A DNA stretch of 64,000 nucleotides. It comes from Fidelibacterota bacterium. Its GTDB lineage: Bacteria; Fidelibacterota; UBA8477; JABMPR01. Shown here one piece after another: positions 10,174 through 21,234 of this stretch. The stretch is from assembly GCA_021734255.1 (NCBI GenBank), contig JAIPJM010000004.1:65345-129344 (forward strand), written 5' to 3'. How positions within the stretch are numbered: position 1 is the first letter of the stretch; each line of letters begins with the position of its first letter. The position numbers and the translations under genes were made by a program. Under the pieces are notes generated by a model that was not told the DNA's origin, did no database searches, and saw only the letters and a list, made by a program, of their open reading frames with translations.

Positions 10174-13100
10174 ATGAGAATTATTATATATAGATCGATC
10201 ATAATGGCAGCCATCATCCTCGCTGGCTCCCTACCCGTGGAAATTAATGCACAGGGCAGACCCTATAGTGGACCCATAGATCCAGCAGGAGACCCTGCTT
10301 TCGAAAGAGAAGGCTACATGACAGGTAACCGTGTCTTGATCTATTTTCAGAACACGACTGAGTTGTCTGCCTGGCAAAAGCCGAACGTTTCCAGGTGGCC
10401 GAACAATGCTTCTGGGACAAAAATGGTAGATGGTATTGGCTTGCTCCTGGGAGCCAAAGTCTTCATTAAGGATGACTCAACCACAGCGATTGACACCATC
10501 CCATTGACGGATTGGCCAGAAGTGCTGAAAACGGATCACCACACACTCTACTATTTGCAGACCAGTTATCGTGAGGAAATGGATCTTAATCCGACTGGCG
10601 ATGTCGAGTGGGGGCTTTACCCTGTTGAGGGTTATTCCAATCCTACCAGTGAGTATCCTGCCATGAGTCATCTTGAAGAATCCTGGCCTCCTGGTGGTTG
10701 GCCCTCAGTGAATAATCAACTGAAATGGCCGGGTGAATGGAATGGCCGTTTTGGCCGCGGTGTCATTTATGCCGATATGGAATCCTACTTTGTTGTGAAT
10801 GATGCACAGGACCAGGAATACCTGGGGGTAGAGGATCGTGTTAAATATTATCCAAAGCCAGGTTCTTTCATCCAGAATTCAGCCACCATTCAGCCTGGTG
10901 CAAATTGGGGCGGCCTGGGACTTCGCGTGGAATCTCGAGGGTTCCAGTGGAATAATCCGCAAGCCCGTGATGCAATCTTCTGGGAATACACCATTGCCAA
11001 TACCTCAGAGTATGACCTCTTGGAAGTAGCCTTCGGCTATTGGGTTGATAACGCCATTGGGCATAGCGCGGTTGGTGGCTCCGATGGGGATGATGAAAAA
11101 GGTTTTTTTGATGATGAGCTGGATATGTCATACTCCTGGGATGTTAGTGGTCGCGGTGTTGGCAACTTAAAAACCGGTACCCTGGGGTTTGCCTATCTGG
11201 AAAGCCCTGGTGTTCCTAATGATTTTATTGACAATGATGACGATGGTCTCACCAATGAACGTAGGGACTATCCAGGTCCCACAGACCCTCCCATGTCGGA
11301 AATTGGGCCCTATGACGGTATCACAGATCTCCAAAAATTTCTGGACTTCTACAAATTAACAGAGGCAGATCTGCGCACACACTGGGATGCCGATGAAGAT
11401 CAGGATTGGGAAGATGGAATTGATGCCAATGGAGACGGTATCTACCAATTGACGGAATATGTCGGTGACGATGTTGGTCTGGATGGTGTAGGACCTGGGG
11501 AGTTGAATTACACCGGCCCTGATGAGGGCGAGTGTGATCATAAGCCTTCATGGGAAGAAGGTGTCGGTTGTGAGCCAAACTTCAATCTCACCGATGTTTC
11601 AGAATCAGATATGGTTGGTCTAACAGCCTTTCAGATGTTTCCCGTACCATCCCATGTTCAGTCCAATGAGACCCAATGGTTCAAAAATGATCAAGCCATG
11701 TGGGATCTGGTTGCCAGTGACACCCTGGAGGAGTACACCACAAATACGTCCAACCTGATCGAGGTCTTTGCCTCGGGTCCCTTCCCGCTTCCCCAGGGAT
11801 TGACGGAAAGAATTTCCATGAGTGAGCTGCACTCCTTTGATGATCTTGATGGTCTGAATAGCGATGAACACCGGGCGCCGGCTCTGTATGAGCTCAAAAA
11901 GATCGTACAGGTGATCTATGAGAAAGATTACCGCTTTGCTCAGCCCCCCAAGATGCCCACGCTTACCGCAACACCAGGAGATGGCCGTGTCATCCTGACC
12001 TGGGATAATATTGCGGATACAAGGACCAGAGATCCTTTCGTAGGAAACGTCAATGATTTTGAAGGGTACAAGATATATAGGTCCACGGATAAATTTCTGG
12101 CTGATCCTGAGATCATTACCGATGGATTTGGACAGCCAACATTCAAGAAACCCATCTTTCAATGCGACCTGAAAGATGGTAAGCAGGGTTTCACTGATTT
12201 CGCCCTCCTGAATGGTGCAGCTTATTACCTGGGATCAGAAACAGGTATAACCCATCGCTATATCGATAATAATGTGGAGAACGGCAGGACCTATTACTAT
12301 GCAGTGGTTGCTTACGATTATGGCGCACCTGAAATAGGCCCAGGAATCGCACCCTCGGAAAACAATGCGGTCATTGAGCTGGATGAAGCGGAAAATGTTA
12401 GATCCATCGGTAAGAATGTAGCCATCATGGTACCGCGTCAGGCGGCGGCTGGCTATATCCCGCCAAAGATCGTTCAGGAGGAAAATGACAATCTCTTTGG
12501 TTCTGGATCTGTGATCCCGGAGATTCTGGCGACAGGGGCTGTGGCTGCTGACAATACTTACATGGTCACATTCGAAGTTGATACCATCAAGCTATTGAGT
12601 AACTATGAGAATGGTATTTTCTACAGCACCAGCGCCTTCAGCATTTTGAATGCCACAGATACCCTGCGATTAGTCTATAGTGAGGATGAGGATCAATATT
12701 CAGGTGCTAACCTCATATTTACCCAGGGAGATTCGCTTGACGTTGGTCAAAATTATGAAGACTTCTGGTCGCTGAATGAGCAGGGAGCTTCCTCTGACAT
12801 TTTTGACGGTTTACAGGTAACCATTGATCCAGGACCGGTAGTCCCAAGTTATAGCTATGCACGTTCCGACTGGTTGAATGGGACAGGAACGATCAATATC
12901 GTCCCCTCTGAATTCGAATCACGAATGTTAGCCTGGGACTATGATATTGTCTTTACTGGCCAGGATTCAGCCTATGTTGGGCATAATCGTGGTGGCACGG
13001 CAAGGGATGTGGATGGGACCACTGTTTCAAATCTTCTTTGGCAGCTTCCATTCGATTTTTATGTGGAGAATACCAGTTTTCCAGACAGTAATGGGTTCTT

Positions 13101-13692
13101 TGAAAAATTCGATATGGTGGTCTCTGATCTGAATGCGAATGGCACCTTTGATCTGTTCGAGGACAAGATCCTGGTTGGGCCAAGGAGCGATAGGCAAAGA
13201 TGGATCGCAACTGCGTTCTCCATCGACTTTAAATACGCGGATGCCTCATCCTATCCGAGCGCAGATGCTATTTACAACGTGCGCTTCGATCGTCCTTTCT
13301 GGAAGACCGATACCGTTTCATTCAAAGTGGAGACAACAACAGATCTGAATGAGGTAGCCCTGTCCACCACTATGGATAGTATTCAGGTTGTACCAAACCC
13401 ATACATCGTTACAAATATGATGGAAACAGCGGTGGCAAATCCCTTCCTGAATCAGCGTCGGAAGATCATGTTTACCCACATTCCATCTGAATGCACTATT
13501 CACATTTTCACGGTCAGCGGTGTGCTGGTCGACAAGATCGACGTTGAAAATGCAGACCCGGAGAACGGCATTGTTCATTGGGACCTGCTGAGTCGAGAAG
13601 GATTGGAGATCGCTGCAGGCATGTATCTATATCATGTAGAATCCACCCAAACGGGTGAAATAAGAACCGGCAAATTTGCCGTGATCAAGTAG
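10174..13692 (+). CDS. Large secreted protein (1172 aa) of unknown function with Asp-rich calcium-binding-like repeats and a T9SS-type C-terminal domain.
   Basis: Signal peptide. Asp-rich loops (DNDDDGLTNERRD, DADEDQDWEDGIDANGDGI). C-terminal ~80 aa (IFTVSGVLVDKIDVEN...GMYLYHVESTQTGEIRTGKFAVIK) resembles a T9SS CTD. It sits where a SusD-like partner would follow a SusC-like receptor. Confidence 0.55.
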   Translation: MRIIIYRSIIMAAIILAGSLPVEINAQGRPYSGPIDPAGDPAFEREGYMTGNRVLIYFQNTTELSAWQKPNVSRWPNNASGTKMVDGIGLLLGAKVFIKDDSTTAIDTIPLTDWPEVLKTDHHTLYYLQTSYREEMDLNPTGDVEWGLYPVEGYSNPTSEYPAMSHLEESWPPGGWPSVNNQLKWPGEWNGRFGRGVIYADMESYFVVNDAQDQEYLGVEDRVKYYPKPGSFIQNSATIQPGANWGGLGLRVESRGFQWNNPQARDAIFWEYTIANTSEYDLLEVAFGYWVDNAIGHSAVGGSDGDDEKGFFDDELDMSYSWDVSGRGVGNLKTGTLGFAYLESPGVPNDFIDNDDDGLTNERRDYPGPTDPPMSEIGPYDGITDLQKFLDFYKLTEADLRTHWDADEDQDWEDGIDANGDGIYQLTEYVGDDVGLDGVGPGELNYTGPDEGECDHKPSWEEGVGCEPNFNLTDVSESDMVGLTAFQMFPVPSHVQSNETQWFKNDQAMWDLVASDTLEEYTTNTSNLIEVFASGPFPLPQGLTERISMSELHSFDDLDGLNSDEHRAPALYELKKIVQVIYEKDYRFAQPPKMPTLTATPGDGRVILTWDNIADTRTRDPFVGNVNDFEGYKIYRSTDKFLADPEIITDGFGQPTFKKPIFQCDLKDGKQGFTDFALLNGAAYYLGSETGITHRYIDNNVENGRTYYYAVVAYDYGAPEIGPGIAPSENNAVIELDEAENVRSIGKNVAIMVPRQAAAGYIPPKIVQEENDNLFGSGSVIPEILATGAVAADNTYMVTFEVDTIKLLSNYENGIFYSTSAFSILNATDTLRLVYSEDEDQYSGANLIFTQGDSLDVGQNYEDFWSLNEQGASSDIFDGLQVTIDPGPVVPSYSYARSDWLNGTGTINIVPSEFESRMLAWDYDIVFTGQDSAYVGHNRGGTARDVDGTTVSNLLWQLPFDFYVENTSFPDSNGFFEKFDMVVSDLNANGTFDLFEDKILVGPRSDRQRWIATAFSIDFKYADASSYPSADAIYNVRFDRPFWKTDTVSFKVETTTDLNEVALSTTMDSIQVVPNPYIVTNMMETAVANPFLNQRRKIMFTHIPSECTIHIFTVSGVLVDKIDVENADPENGIVHWDLLSREGLEIAAGMYLYHVESTQTGEIRTGKFAVIK

Positions 13693-13702
13693 GGAGGATA
13701 AA

Positions 13703-14755
13703 ATGAAAAGAACAATCGTTTATCTTACTCTATTGCTAACTCTGGGAGCATCACTATTTGGTGAGCAGATCAACCGTTATGGGTCCACTGCGGCAAGCTT
13801 TCTGGAAATTGGGGTGGGTAGCAGGCCAACCGGTATGGGAGAAGCTTATGTAGCCGTTACCGGTGACTTATCTTCGATCTACTGGAATCCGGCCAGCTCT
13901 GCCTATCTAGATAGAAGTTCATTTGCCTTCATGTACCAACCCTGGCTCGTAGACATTAGCACTGTCTTCTCCAGTGGTGCGATCGTGATCCCCACCATTG
14001 GAACAGTTGCTGTCTCCATGACCCAGATCGGTTACGGTGAAATGGCTGTGACCAACTTGACTCATCAGGATGGAACCGGAGAATTCTTTACCGCCAATGA
14101 ATATGCACTGGGACTTTCCTACGCCAGGAAGATCGCTACCTGGTTCTCATTTGGAGCCACAGCCAAGATGATCAATTCGCAGATCTGGCATGAAAGTGCT
14201 TCCGCCTTTGCCTTGGATCTGGGTGTCATCGTCAAAACCAACTTTTTCGCGCCAGAAGACAGGCGGGAAAAAGGATTGGTGATCGGCATGAGTATATCCA
14301 ATTATGGGACGCGCATGCGCTATGATGGTATCGATCTGCTCCAACCCATCGATATCTCCATCGATGAGACAGGTAACTATGGGGATGTGGTCGGTCTCTA
14401 CAGAACCCAGGAATGGGAACTCCCGCTTCTGTTCCGAATTGGACTGTCCTGGACGCCGATCCTCAATCGTTTTCATTCGCTGACCCTGGCTGCTGATGCA
14501 CTTCACCCCAACAATAATGCTGAATCTGTGAATGTTGGCGGAGAGTATTCCATTAAAATGGCCAACTCAGGAAGACTTTACTTGAGAAGCGGTTACAAAT
14601 CCCTGTTCCTCGAAGATGCAGAATTCGGATTTACGGCTGGTGGCGGTATCGAAATATACCTCATTGGCAATCGGTCACTGAGGATCGACTACGCTTTCAA
14701 GGAAGCCAATATTTTGGGAAATACCCAGGCTTACACTATTGGTCTGACGTTTTAA
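13703..14755 (+). CDS. Outer-membrane beta-barrel protein, PorQ/PorV-like (T9SS-associated, FadL-like).
   Basis: Signal peptide. N-terminal motif SFLEIGVGSRPTGMGEAYVAVTGDLSSIYWNPA resembles the conserved start of PorV/PorQ-family proteins. C-terminus ...TIGLTF ends in an aromatic residue. Located directly downstream of T9SS-CTD cargo genes. Confidence 0.5.
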   Translation: MKRTIVYLTLLLTLGASLFGEQINRYGSTAASFLEIGVGSRPTGMGEAYVAVTGDLSSIYWNPASSAYLDRSSFAFMYQPWLVDISTVFSSGAIVIPTIGTVAVSMTQIGYGEMAVTNLTHQDGTGEFFTANEYALGLSYARKIATWFSFGATAKMINSQIWHESASAFALDLGVIVKTNFFAPEDRREKGLVIGMSISNYGTRMRYDGIDLLQPIDISIDETGNYGDVVGLYRTQEWELPLLFRIGLSWTPILNRFHSLTLAADALHPNNNAESVNVGGEYSIKMANSGRLYLRSGYKSLFLEDAEFGFTAGGGIEIYLIGNRSLRIDYAFKEANILGNTQAYTIGLTF

Positions 14756-14758
14756 CCC

Positions 14759-16267
14759 ATGCATCCTCCTATTAAGAAAGCCATCCAGATACTGGGTATC
14801 TGGATGGCTTTATGGGCTCTAGGAGCCTGTTCCAATGAACCGGAACCTGCAGGTGAGGTCCTCGCCCGAATAGGGGACCGGGTCATCACCACTGAGGATT
14901 TTCAGCGTCGGGCAGAATATACTTTACGTCCTGATTACTGCGCTGGGGATAACTACATCCACAAAAAGATCGTTCTGAACAGCCTCATCGCAGAGAAATT
15001 GTTGGCCCTGGAATTCAGTGACTCTCCCCTTAAGTCTGATCCAACATTTCAGGCATATATCCAGGGGCGACAGGAACAGGTTATGCGTCAGTGGATGCAG
15101 AAGACACATGGACGTGATCTTGTCAGTATTGATAGCAGTGCACTAAAAGATGCATTCAGGCTCTCCAGCCGGATCTATCATGTACAATTTCTGGTCCTGC
15201 CTGACAGCAATGCGGCTATGGGCTGGGGTCGCGCAAGGAGAGATGGTATTGGCTTCAACGAAATAGCCGCTGCGCTTACGGGAAGTGATACCATTCCAGG
15301 GAGAGCGATATCCTGGTTTGATAGAGAGCTTGAATCCGTATGGCAGGTGATTTTTGAGCAGGAGCAGACCAAAGGGAATGTTTTGGGCCCCCTTCCACTT
15401 GACGATGGAACCTTCATAGTGCTCCGCATCGATGGTTGGGTTGATCGACCGGATATTACTGATGATGCACTTCAGCAGCGCTGGATCGATGTGACTGAAA
15501 GAATGATCGAGAGGCAGGCAGACCGCATTTACAAGTCTTATGTCGGCGAACTCATGTCTGACAAACAATTGCAGTTAAACAAGCCTGTTTTCTGGAGCTA
15601 CTCGAAACGGATCAGTGATATTTACCTTGAAGCAGAGGATGAGAAGAAACAATTATTGAATGCGGCCATTTGGGAAGTGGAGGAAGGCCTGTTGAATCAG
15701 GAGTGGGACGAATTACCAGAAGTTGATGGATCTGAGATCCTGTTTGAGATCGATCAGCAGGAATGGTCTATCGACCGATTTGAGGAATATCTTCTAAAAC
15801 ATCCCCTGGTGTTCAGAAAAAGGAAAATGAACACGAGTGAGTTCGCTGAACAATTCAAGTATGCCATCGCCGATCTCGTCCGCGATTATTATATCACAGA
15901 ACAAGCTTACAGGCTTAACTATGATCAGGTTCCCAATGTGCACCAGTATACAGAAACTTTTGAAGACCACTACCTTAGCCGCCAGGCCAGAAAGGAGTAT
16001 CTCAGGTCGAGAGTAAAAGTTGATAGCCTGAAACAGGCTTTGAGTAATGTGGAATTAATTCAGACCTATCTGGATCCCCTGGTTGATACACTGCAGGCTA
16101 AGTACTCACCAGAGATCAAAATAAATATGGAACTGTTTGAGTCCATTAAGCTGAGCACAGTCCCCATGATGGTTGGTAATCGTAATGTTCCATTTCCTTT
16201 GGCCGTACCGGCCTTTCCCAGGTTAACAACCGATAACCGCATCGATTATGGGGAAAATGTAAACTGA
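14759..16267 (+). CDS. Hypothetical lipoprotein.
   Basis: Lipobox LWALGAC. No recognisable catalytic motif. An internal start at 14804 is possible. Confidence 0.45.
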   Translation: MHPPIKKAIQILGIWMALWALGACSNEPEPAGEVLARIGDRVITTEDFQRRAEYTLRPDYCAGDNYIHKKIVLNSLIAEKLLALEFSDSPLKSDPTFQAYIQGRQEQVMRQWMQKTHGRDLVSIDSSALKDAFRLSSRIYHVQFLVLPDSNAAMGWGRARRDGIGFNEIAAALTGSDTIPGRAISWFDRELESVWQVIFEQEQTKGNVLGPLPLDDGTFIVLRIDGWVDRPDITDDALQQRWIDVTERMIERQADRIYKSYVGELMSDKQLQLNKPVFWSYSKRISDIYLEAEDEKKQLLNAAIWEVEEGLLNQEWDELPEVDGSEILFEIDQQEWSIDRFEEYLLKHPLVFRKRKMNTSEFAEQFKYAIADLVRDYYITEQAYRLNYDQVPNVHQYTETFEDHYLSRQARKEYLRSRVKVDSLKQALSNVELIQTYLDPLVDTLQAKYSPEIKINMELFESIKLSTVPMMVGNRNVPFPLAVPAFPRLTTDNRIDYGENVN

Positions 16268-16268
16268 T

Positions 16269-18098
16269 ATGTTGACCGCTCACTCAAGGCTGAAAAATCT
16301 GCTCGGTCTACTGCTCATTGGTAGATGTCTGGTTGTCCAGGCCCAATCTTATCTTGGGGCAGAATTACGATCACTGGATTATTTTCAGTATGGTCGCTTT
16401 GAAGCGCGCATCAAATCAGCACAGGGTGAGGGCTACCTCTCAAGTTTTTTTACCTACAATGATTCTTTTCCCCACACACCCTGGGCAGAGATCGACTTTG
16501 AGATCCTGGGGCGCTGGGCGAACAATGTTGACATGAATGTCATTGAAGAGCAGGGGTCACATTTACGCCAGAACCCATTGAACTTTAATCCACACCTCGA
16601 TTTTCATACCTATGCCTTTGAATGGACCCCGGACTATGTAGCCTGGTTTATTGATGGGGAAGAAGCCTACAGACAAACTGGAACGCATATCAACGGTCTC
16701 CTGGAACCTGGAAAGATCATGATGAATGTATGGACACCTGCATTTGCAGATTGGGTCGGTACCATTGATGATCGGACCTTGCCTCGCTTTTCCTATTACG
16801 ACTGGGTGTCCTACGCTAGTTATACACCTGGATCAGGCAGTATCGGTACAGATGCAAATTTCACTCCTGAATGGCTGGATAATTTTGATGTGTTTGACCT
16901 GGAGCGCTGGGAAAAGAGTGATGGTCATTCCTGGAATGGGAATAATGCAACCCTGGTTGCAGATAATATCGTATTTAAAGATGGTCACATGATCATGTGT
17001 CTTACACTGCCTGACAAACCAGGACTTCAGGACGATAATCCACCCCATGCCTTATGGGCACGCGCCCATCAACCTGATTCGCTTGTTGTGCGCTTCAGCG
17101 AAGAACTTGACTTAGAATCAGCAACAAGCGTATCAACTTACAACATCCCTGGCTCCAACATCCAGCGTGTGTACCTCCACCCAGACCAGCGAACGGTGAG
17201 CATCCTATTAGCTGAACCCAGTTTGACGGAGAACAGTACGGTGTACGCACTGGGTCTAAAAGACAGGGCTGATCCATCAAATACTCAGGTAGGTACCTAT
17301 ACAAAGATCATTCACCCCAAACCACTGGATCTACCTATAAATATCGATGTTGCCGGTCCCGGTGCCTCTGGATTTTTGCCGGATCAGTGGTGGTCAGCTG
17401 AGGTAGAGTATGGCCATGAAGGTGGCAATTATCAGGTAGCTGGAGACTATCCCGATCTATCTGGAACAGATCTCGACTCCGTGATGGCTACCTCACTTAA
17501 TCGTTATTCCAGATATCATGTTCGACTGGAACCAGGTGTCTTTGATGTACAGCTCCATTTTGCAGAACATCACTACAGCAACGCTGGGGAACGGGTGTTC
17601 CAATTATTTGTTGAGGACTCACTGATCATAGCGGAGTTGGATGTGTTTGAAGCGGTTGGGAATAGTGCAGCGCTAACGGTTTCAATACCCGACCTGCAGG
17701 TAACTGATGGTACTCTGGATATCCTGGGAGCGGCCCTGGTGTACGGCAGAAGTTATGGCTATGCCGGCCCACTTCTCAATGGTATCCAGATCGATGGGAC
17801 AGTGTGGACCAGCACAGATGATGTGTTGCTTCCGACGGAGCATGCTCTGACTGCTATCTATCCAAATCCCTTCAACGACAGCACAACTATTGTCTTCAAT
17901 CTGGAAGATGCGGCCAAGGTCAACATATCTCTGTATGACCTGCGGGGTGTGGAATTGCAGACACTTACCAATCGTGCCTATTCCGCTGGATCTCACCACT
18001 TAAGACTCGAAGCACACGATCTACCCAGCGGTCTATATGTCCTAAGATTTAAAGCAGGTCTCACCTCGCAAAAAACTAAAATACTATTACTGAAGTGA
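16269..18098 (+). CDS. GH16 beta-glucanase (laminarinase-like) with a malectin-like carbohydrate-binding domain and T9SS CTD.
   Basis: GH16 catalytic motif WAEIDFEILG. Mid-protein malectin-like region (DVAGPGASGFLPDQWW...VQLHFAEHHYS...ERVFQLFVED). C-terminus YPNPFNDSTTIVFNL...GLYVLRFKAG...KILLLK. Confidence 0.8.
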   Translation: MLTAHSRLKNLLGLLLIGRCLVVQAQSYLGAELRSLDYFQYGRFEARIKSAQGEGYLSSFFTYNDSFPHTPWAEIDFEILGRWANNVDMNVIEEQGSHLRQNPLNFNPHLDFHTYAFEWTPDYVAWFIDGEEAYRQTGTHINGLLEPGKIMMNVWTPAFADWVGTIDDRTLPRFSYYDWVSYASYTPGSGSIGTDANFTPEWLDNFDVFDLERWEKSDGHSWNGNNATLVADNIVFKDGHMIMCLTLPDKPGLQDDNPPHALWARAHQPDSLVVRFSEELDLESATSVSTYNIPGSNIQRVYLHPDQRTVSILLAEPSLTENSTVYALGLKDRADPSNTQVGTYTKIIHPKPLDLPINIDVAGPGASGFLPDQWWSAEVEYGHEGGNYQVAGDYPDLSGTDLDSVMATSLNRYSRYHVRLEPGVFDVQLHFAEHHYSNAGERVFQLFVEDSLIIAELDVFEAVGNSAALTVSIPDLQVTDGTLDILGAALVYGRSYGYAGPLLNGIQIDGTVWTSTDDVLLPTEHALTAIYPNPFNDSTTIVFNLEDAAKVNISLYDLRGVELQTLTNRAYSAGSHHLRLEAHDLPSGLYVLRFKAGLTSQKTKILLLK

Positions 18099-18105
18099 GA
18101 CCCTT

Positions 18106-19188
18106 GTGAATAGACACATACTCCGCATCACCATGCTTCTAGTGACACTGACAACAGTCTTCGGAAAAGGCTATAGAGGTGCTGAATATAGAACAATTGA
18201 GAGCTATTTATATGGCCGTTTTGAAGTCAGGATGCAATCAGCAGATGGGGATGGTGTGGTCAGTTCATTTTTCACCTTCAGGGATTATTATGCTGAAGGA
18301 CTGAACGGCAGCCAACACTGGAATGAGATCGATCTGGAGTGGTTGGGTCTGCGTGACAATAAGGTCTCGACCAATGTGATCATTCAAGGTGAGTGGGGGG
18401 ACCCGTCAGAGGTATTTCTTACGGCCAATCCTCATGAAAATTTTATCACCTATGCGTTTGAGTGGACACCGGAAGCTATCCGATTTTATGAAGGTGATCG
18501 GCTCTTGCGTACCATCAGCGGTGAGCGGGCGGATTCAGTTTACCACGCACAAAAATTGATGATGAATATCTGGTTACCCGCCTACCCGAGCTGGGTGGGA
18601 ACATTCGATCCAGCCATATTACCTGTGTATGCATTTTATGATTGGGCGTCCTATGCAGCTTATACACCCGGGAGTGGTTCGGTTGGGACGAATAACGACT
18701 TTTCGCCGCAGTGGAAGGACAATTTTGATGAATGGGACACCAGCCGCTGGCAAAAAGCCTCCCACACCTGGTCTGGTAACAATGTGGATTTCACCCCATC
18801 CAATGCTGTCATCAGATATGGGCACCTGATCCTATGTCTTACCACTCCCACTGAGCTTGGATATAATGGAGCTGCTCTCCATGTTGAGGAGAGTAGTGGT
18901 CCAATCCCAGACAACTTTCAGCTGTCACCTGCCTATCCAAATCCCTTCAACGGACAAGTGAACTTAACGCTCGAAACTGCAGCCACCACTGACATGACAC
19001 TCAATATTTTTGATCACCTGGGGAAATTGAGACACAGCGTAGCACTGCCGGACAACGGACAGAATCTGCAGACGATCACCTGGAATGGAAAAGATGATGC
19101 TGGAGAGCTGCTGCCCTCCGGATCCTATATTATTCGAATCAACTCACCGCTTGGTCAGGCGAGCCAGAAAGTGGTTCTGCTGAAATGA
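18106..19188 (+). CDS. GH16 beta-glucanase with T9SS CTD.
   Basis: Catalytic motif WNEIDLEWLG. Paralogous to the upstream GH16 (shared YAFEWTP, YDWASYA blocks). C-terminus AYPNPFNGQVNLTLE...GSYIIRINSPLGQASQKVVLLK. Confidence 0.8.
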   Translation: MNRHILRITMLLVTLTTVFGKGYRGAEYRTIESYLYGRFEVRMQSADGDGVVSSFFTFRDYYAEGLNGSQHWNEIDLEWLGLRDNKVSTNVIIQGEWGDPSEVFLTANPHENFITYAFEWTPEAIRFYEGDRLLRTISGERADSVYHAQKLMMNIWLPAYPSWVGTFDPAILPVYAFYDWASYAAYTPGSGSVGTNNDFSPQWKDNFDEWDTSRWQKASHTWSGNNVDFTPSNAVIRYGHLILCLTTPTELGYNGAALHVEESSGPIPDNFQLSPAYPNPFNGQVNLTLETAATTDMTLNIFDHLGKLRHSVALPDNGQNLQTITWNGKDDAGELLPSGSYIIRINSPLGQASQKVVLLK

Positions 19189-19210
19189 TACTTTAGGGAA
19201 GTAATACCTC

Positions 19211-21169
19211 ATGAAAATTGCTGTGTCCATTTTACTTCTGGTATTCCTGGCTAATCCAGTGGCAGCATTTGTGCATGCCTCTGGTCAGCAAATACTTGAT
19301 GCGGGTGGCGAACCAGCGCTCATGCGGGGCATGGGTCTTGGCGGGTGGCTGGTTCCAGAAGGGTATATGCTTAATACCATTTCTCAATCACCGAGCACCA
19401 TCCGAGCTGACATTGTAGATGTTGTCGGTGAGACTGGCGCAGATCAATTCTATACCGCTTATCATAATAATTATGTAACGCGTGAGGACATTCACGAACT
19501 GGCTGAATGGGGTTTCGACCATGTGCGTATGCCCTTTCATTATAACATGTTTTCCCCGGCCAGGGGGGTCTATATCGATTGGGGATTTGAAGTAACTGAC
19601 TCTCTGATCGCCTGGTGTTCTGAAGTGGGCATGCACGTCGTTCTCGACATGCACTGTGCACCGGGTGGGCAGAATGGTGGACCGATCAGTGATAGTGATG
19701 GAACTGCACGTTTGTGGCTGGAAGAATCCAACAAGGCCCATACCGTTGAGATCTGGACGAAGATCGCAGAAAGATATGTCGATGAACCGTGGGTAGGTGG
19801 TTATGACCTACTCAATGAACCGGTTCTGCCGTCTGGTGTCACATCAATAGAATTCAGAGCGCTCTATGTGCGTCTGAAGGAAGCCATTCGAGCCGTTGAT
19901 ACGAACCACATGCTTTTCATAGAGGGTAACTGGTATGCCACAGATTTTGCCGGTCTGACGCCGCCATTTGACACCAATATGGCCTATAGCTTTCATAAAT
20001 ACTGGAGTGTTAACGACCAGAATTCAATCCAGAGCTACCTCAATATGCGCAATCAGTACAATGTGCCGCTCTGGATGAGCGAAACCGGCGAAAATTCAAA
20101 TACCTGGTTCTATGAAGCAGTCCTGTTGTTTGAGGAGAATGACATTGGGTGGTGCTGGTGGACCACCAAGAAATTTGAGACCATCACCAGTCCCTATTCC
20201 GCCGATCAACCTGCGGGTTGGGATCTGCTTCGTGACTATTGGTCGGGATCCGGCGGAAAACCGAGCCCCCAGGCTGCTCAAGCGATCCTCATGGAGATGG
20301 CAGATAATCTCAAGACTGAAAACTGTCGTTTCAGCCCCGGTGTTGTAGCCTCCTGGTTCAGCCCAGATTATGCTTCAGTAAATCAACCGTTCAAGGAGCA
20401 TAAGATTCCTGGAACGATCCTGGCAGCCGATTATGATATTGGAGCGCAAGGCGTAGCCTATCTGGATGACGTATATGAGACCGTGCACTGGGATAACTAT
20501 ACCGCCTGGAATAATGGTCACCAATATCGCAACGATGGGGTCGACCTTCAGATCGAAGATTCAGGCATTCCCAATGTAGGGTGGGCAACTGATGGTGAAT
20601 GGATGAAATACACCTTTCATGCTGAGTATGGTGGTATCTATGACCTGAGTATGGAATTTGCCAGCACAGCATACTCAGGACAGTTCAGATTATATCTGGA
20701 TAATCAGCCGCTGACAACCATTATGGAAACACCGATCACCGGTAGTTGGACCGCCTACGAATCCCTCCTGGTTGAGGGGCTGGAGATTCCCATCGGTGAT
20801 CATGAACTGAAGCTACAGATATTGCAGTCAGGTCCAAATATTAGAACAATGGCTTTTATCATAGATTCAGTCCACACCTATCCTGACATTCCTGTGGTCT
20901 TCACACTTGGACAAAATTACCCCAACCCCTTCAATGGTGGCACGGTGATCCCGCTTGAAATAGAAACAGATGATCCCCTTACGGTGGAGATCTTCGATAT
21001 TCTCGGTCGTCGCGTACAGTTCTTTGATTTTACAGGAGCCAAGGGCAGGGTAAAAGTCTCCTGGAATGGTACTGACCTGAGGGGACTCAGAGTGCCAGCC
21101 GGAACCTATTATTATCAGGTCATTTCAGGGGACATGCGCGCGGCTAAAAAGATGCTTTTTCTTCCATAA
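19211..21169 (+). CDS. GH5 glycoside hydrolase (beta-glucanase-like) with C-terminal CBM-like domain and T9SS CTD.
   Basis: GLGGWLVPEGYM resembles GH5 beta-1,3-glucanases. Acid/base LLNEP and nucleophile WMSETGE. C-terminus NYPNPFNGGTVIPLEIE...GTYYYQVISG...KMLFLP. Confidence 0.75.
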   Translation: MKIAVSILLLVFLANPVAAFVHASGQQILDAGGEPALMRGMGLGGWLVPEGYMLNTISQSPSTIRADIVDVVGETGADQFYTAYHNNYVTREDIHELAEWGFDHVRMPFHYNMFSPARGVYIDWGFEVTDSLIAWCSEVGMHVVLDMHCAPGGQNGGPISDSDGTARLWLEESNKAHTVEIWTKIAERYVDEPWVGGYDLLNEPVLPSGVTSIEFRALYVRLKEAIRAVDTNHMLFIEGNWYATDFAGLTPPFDTNMAYSFHKYWSVNDQNSIQSYLNMRNQYNVPLWMSETGENSNTWFYEAVLLFEENDIGWCWWTTKKFETITSPYSADQPAGWDLLRDYWSGSGGKPSPQAAQAILMEMADNLKTENCRFSPGVVASWFSPDYASVNQPFKEHKIPGTILAADYDIGAQGVAYLDDVYETVHWDNYTAWNNGHQYRNDGVDLQIEDSGIPNVGWATDGEWMKYTFHAEYGGIYDLSMEFASTAYSGQFRLYLDNQPLTTIMETPITGSWTAYESLLVEGLEIPIGDHELKLQILQSGPNIRTMAFIIDSVHTYPDIPVVFTLGQNYPNPFNGGTVIPLEIETDDPLTVEIFDILGRRVQFFDFTGAKGRVKVSWNGTDLRGLRVPAGTYYYQVISGDMRAAKKMLFLP

Positions 21170-21234
21170 GGACTTAATCGTAGGCATATTAAAGTTCACT
21201 ATCAACCAATTTTAATAATTGGATCGGAGTTGAG

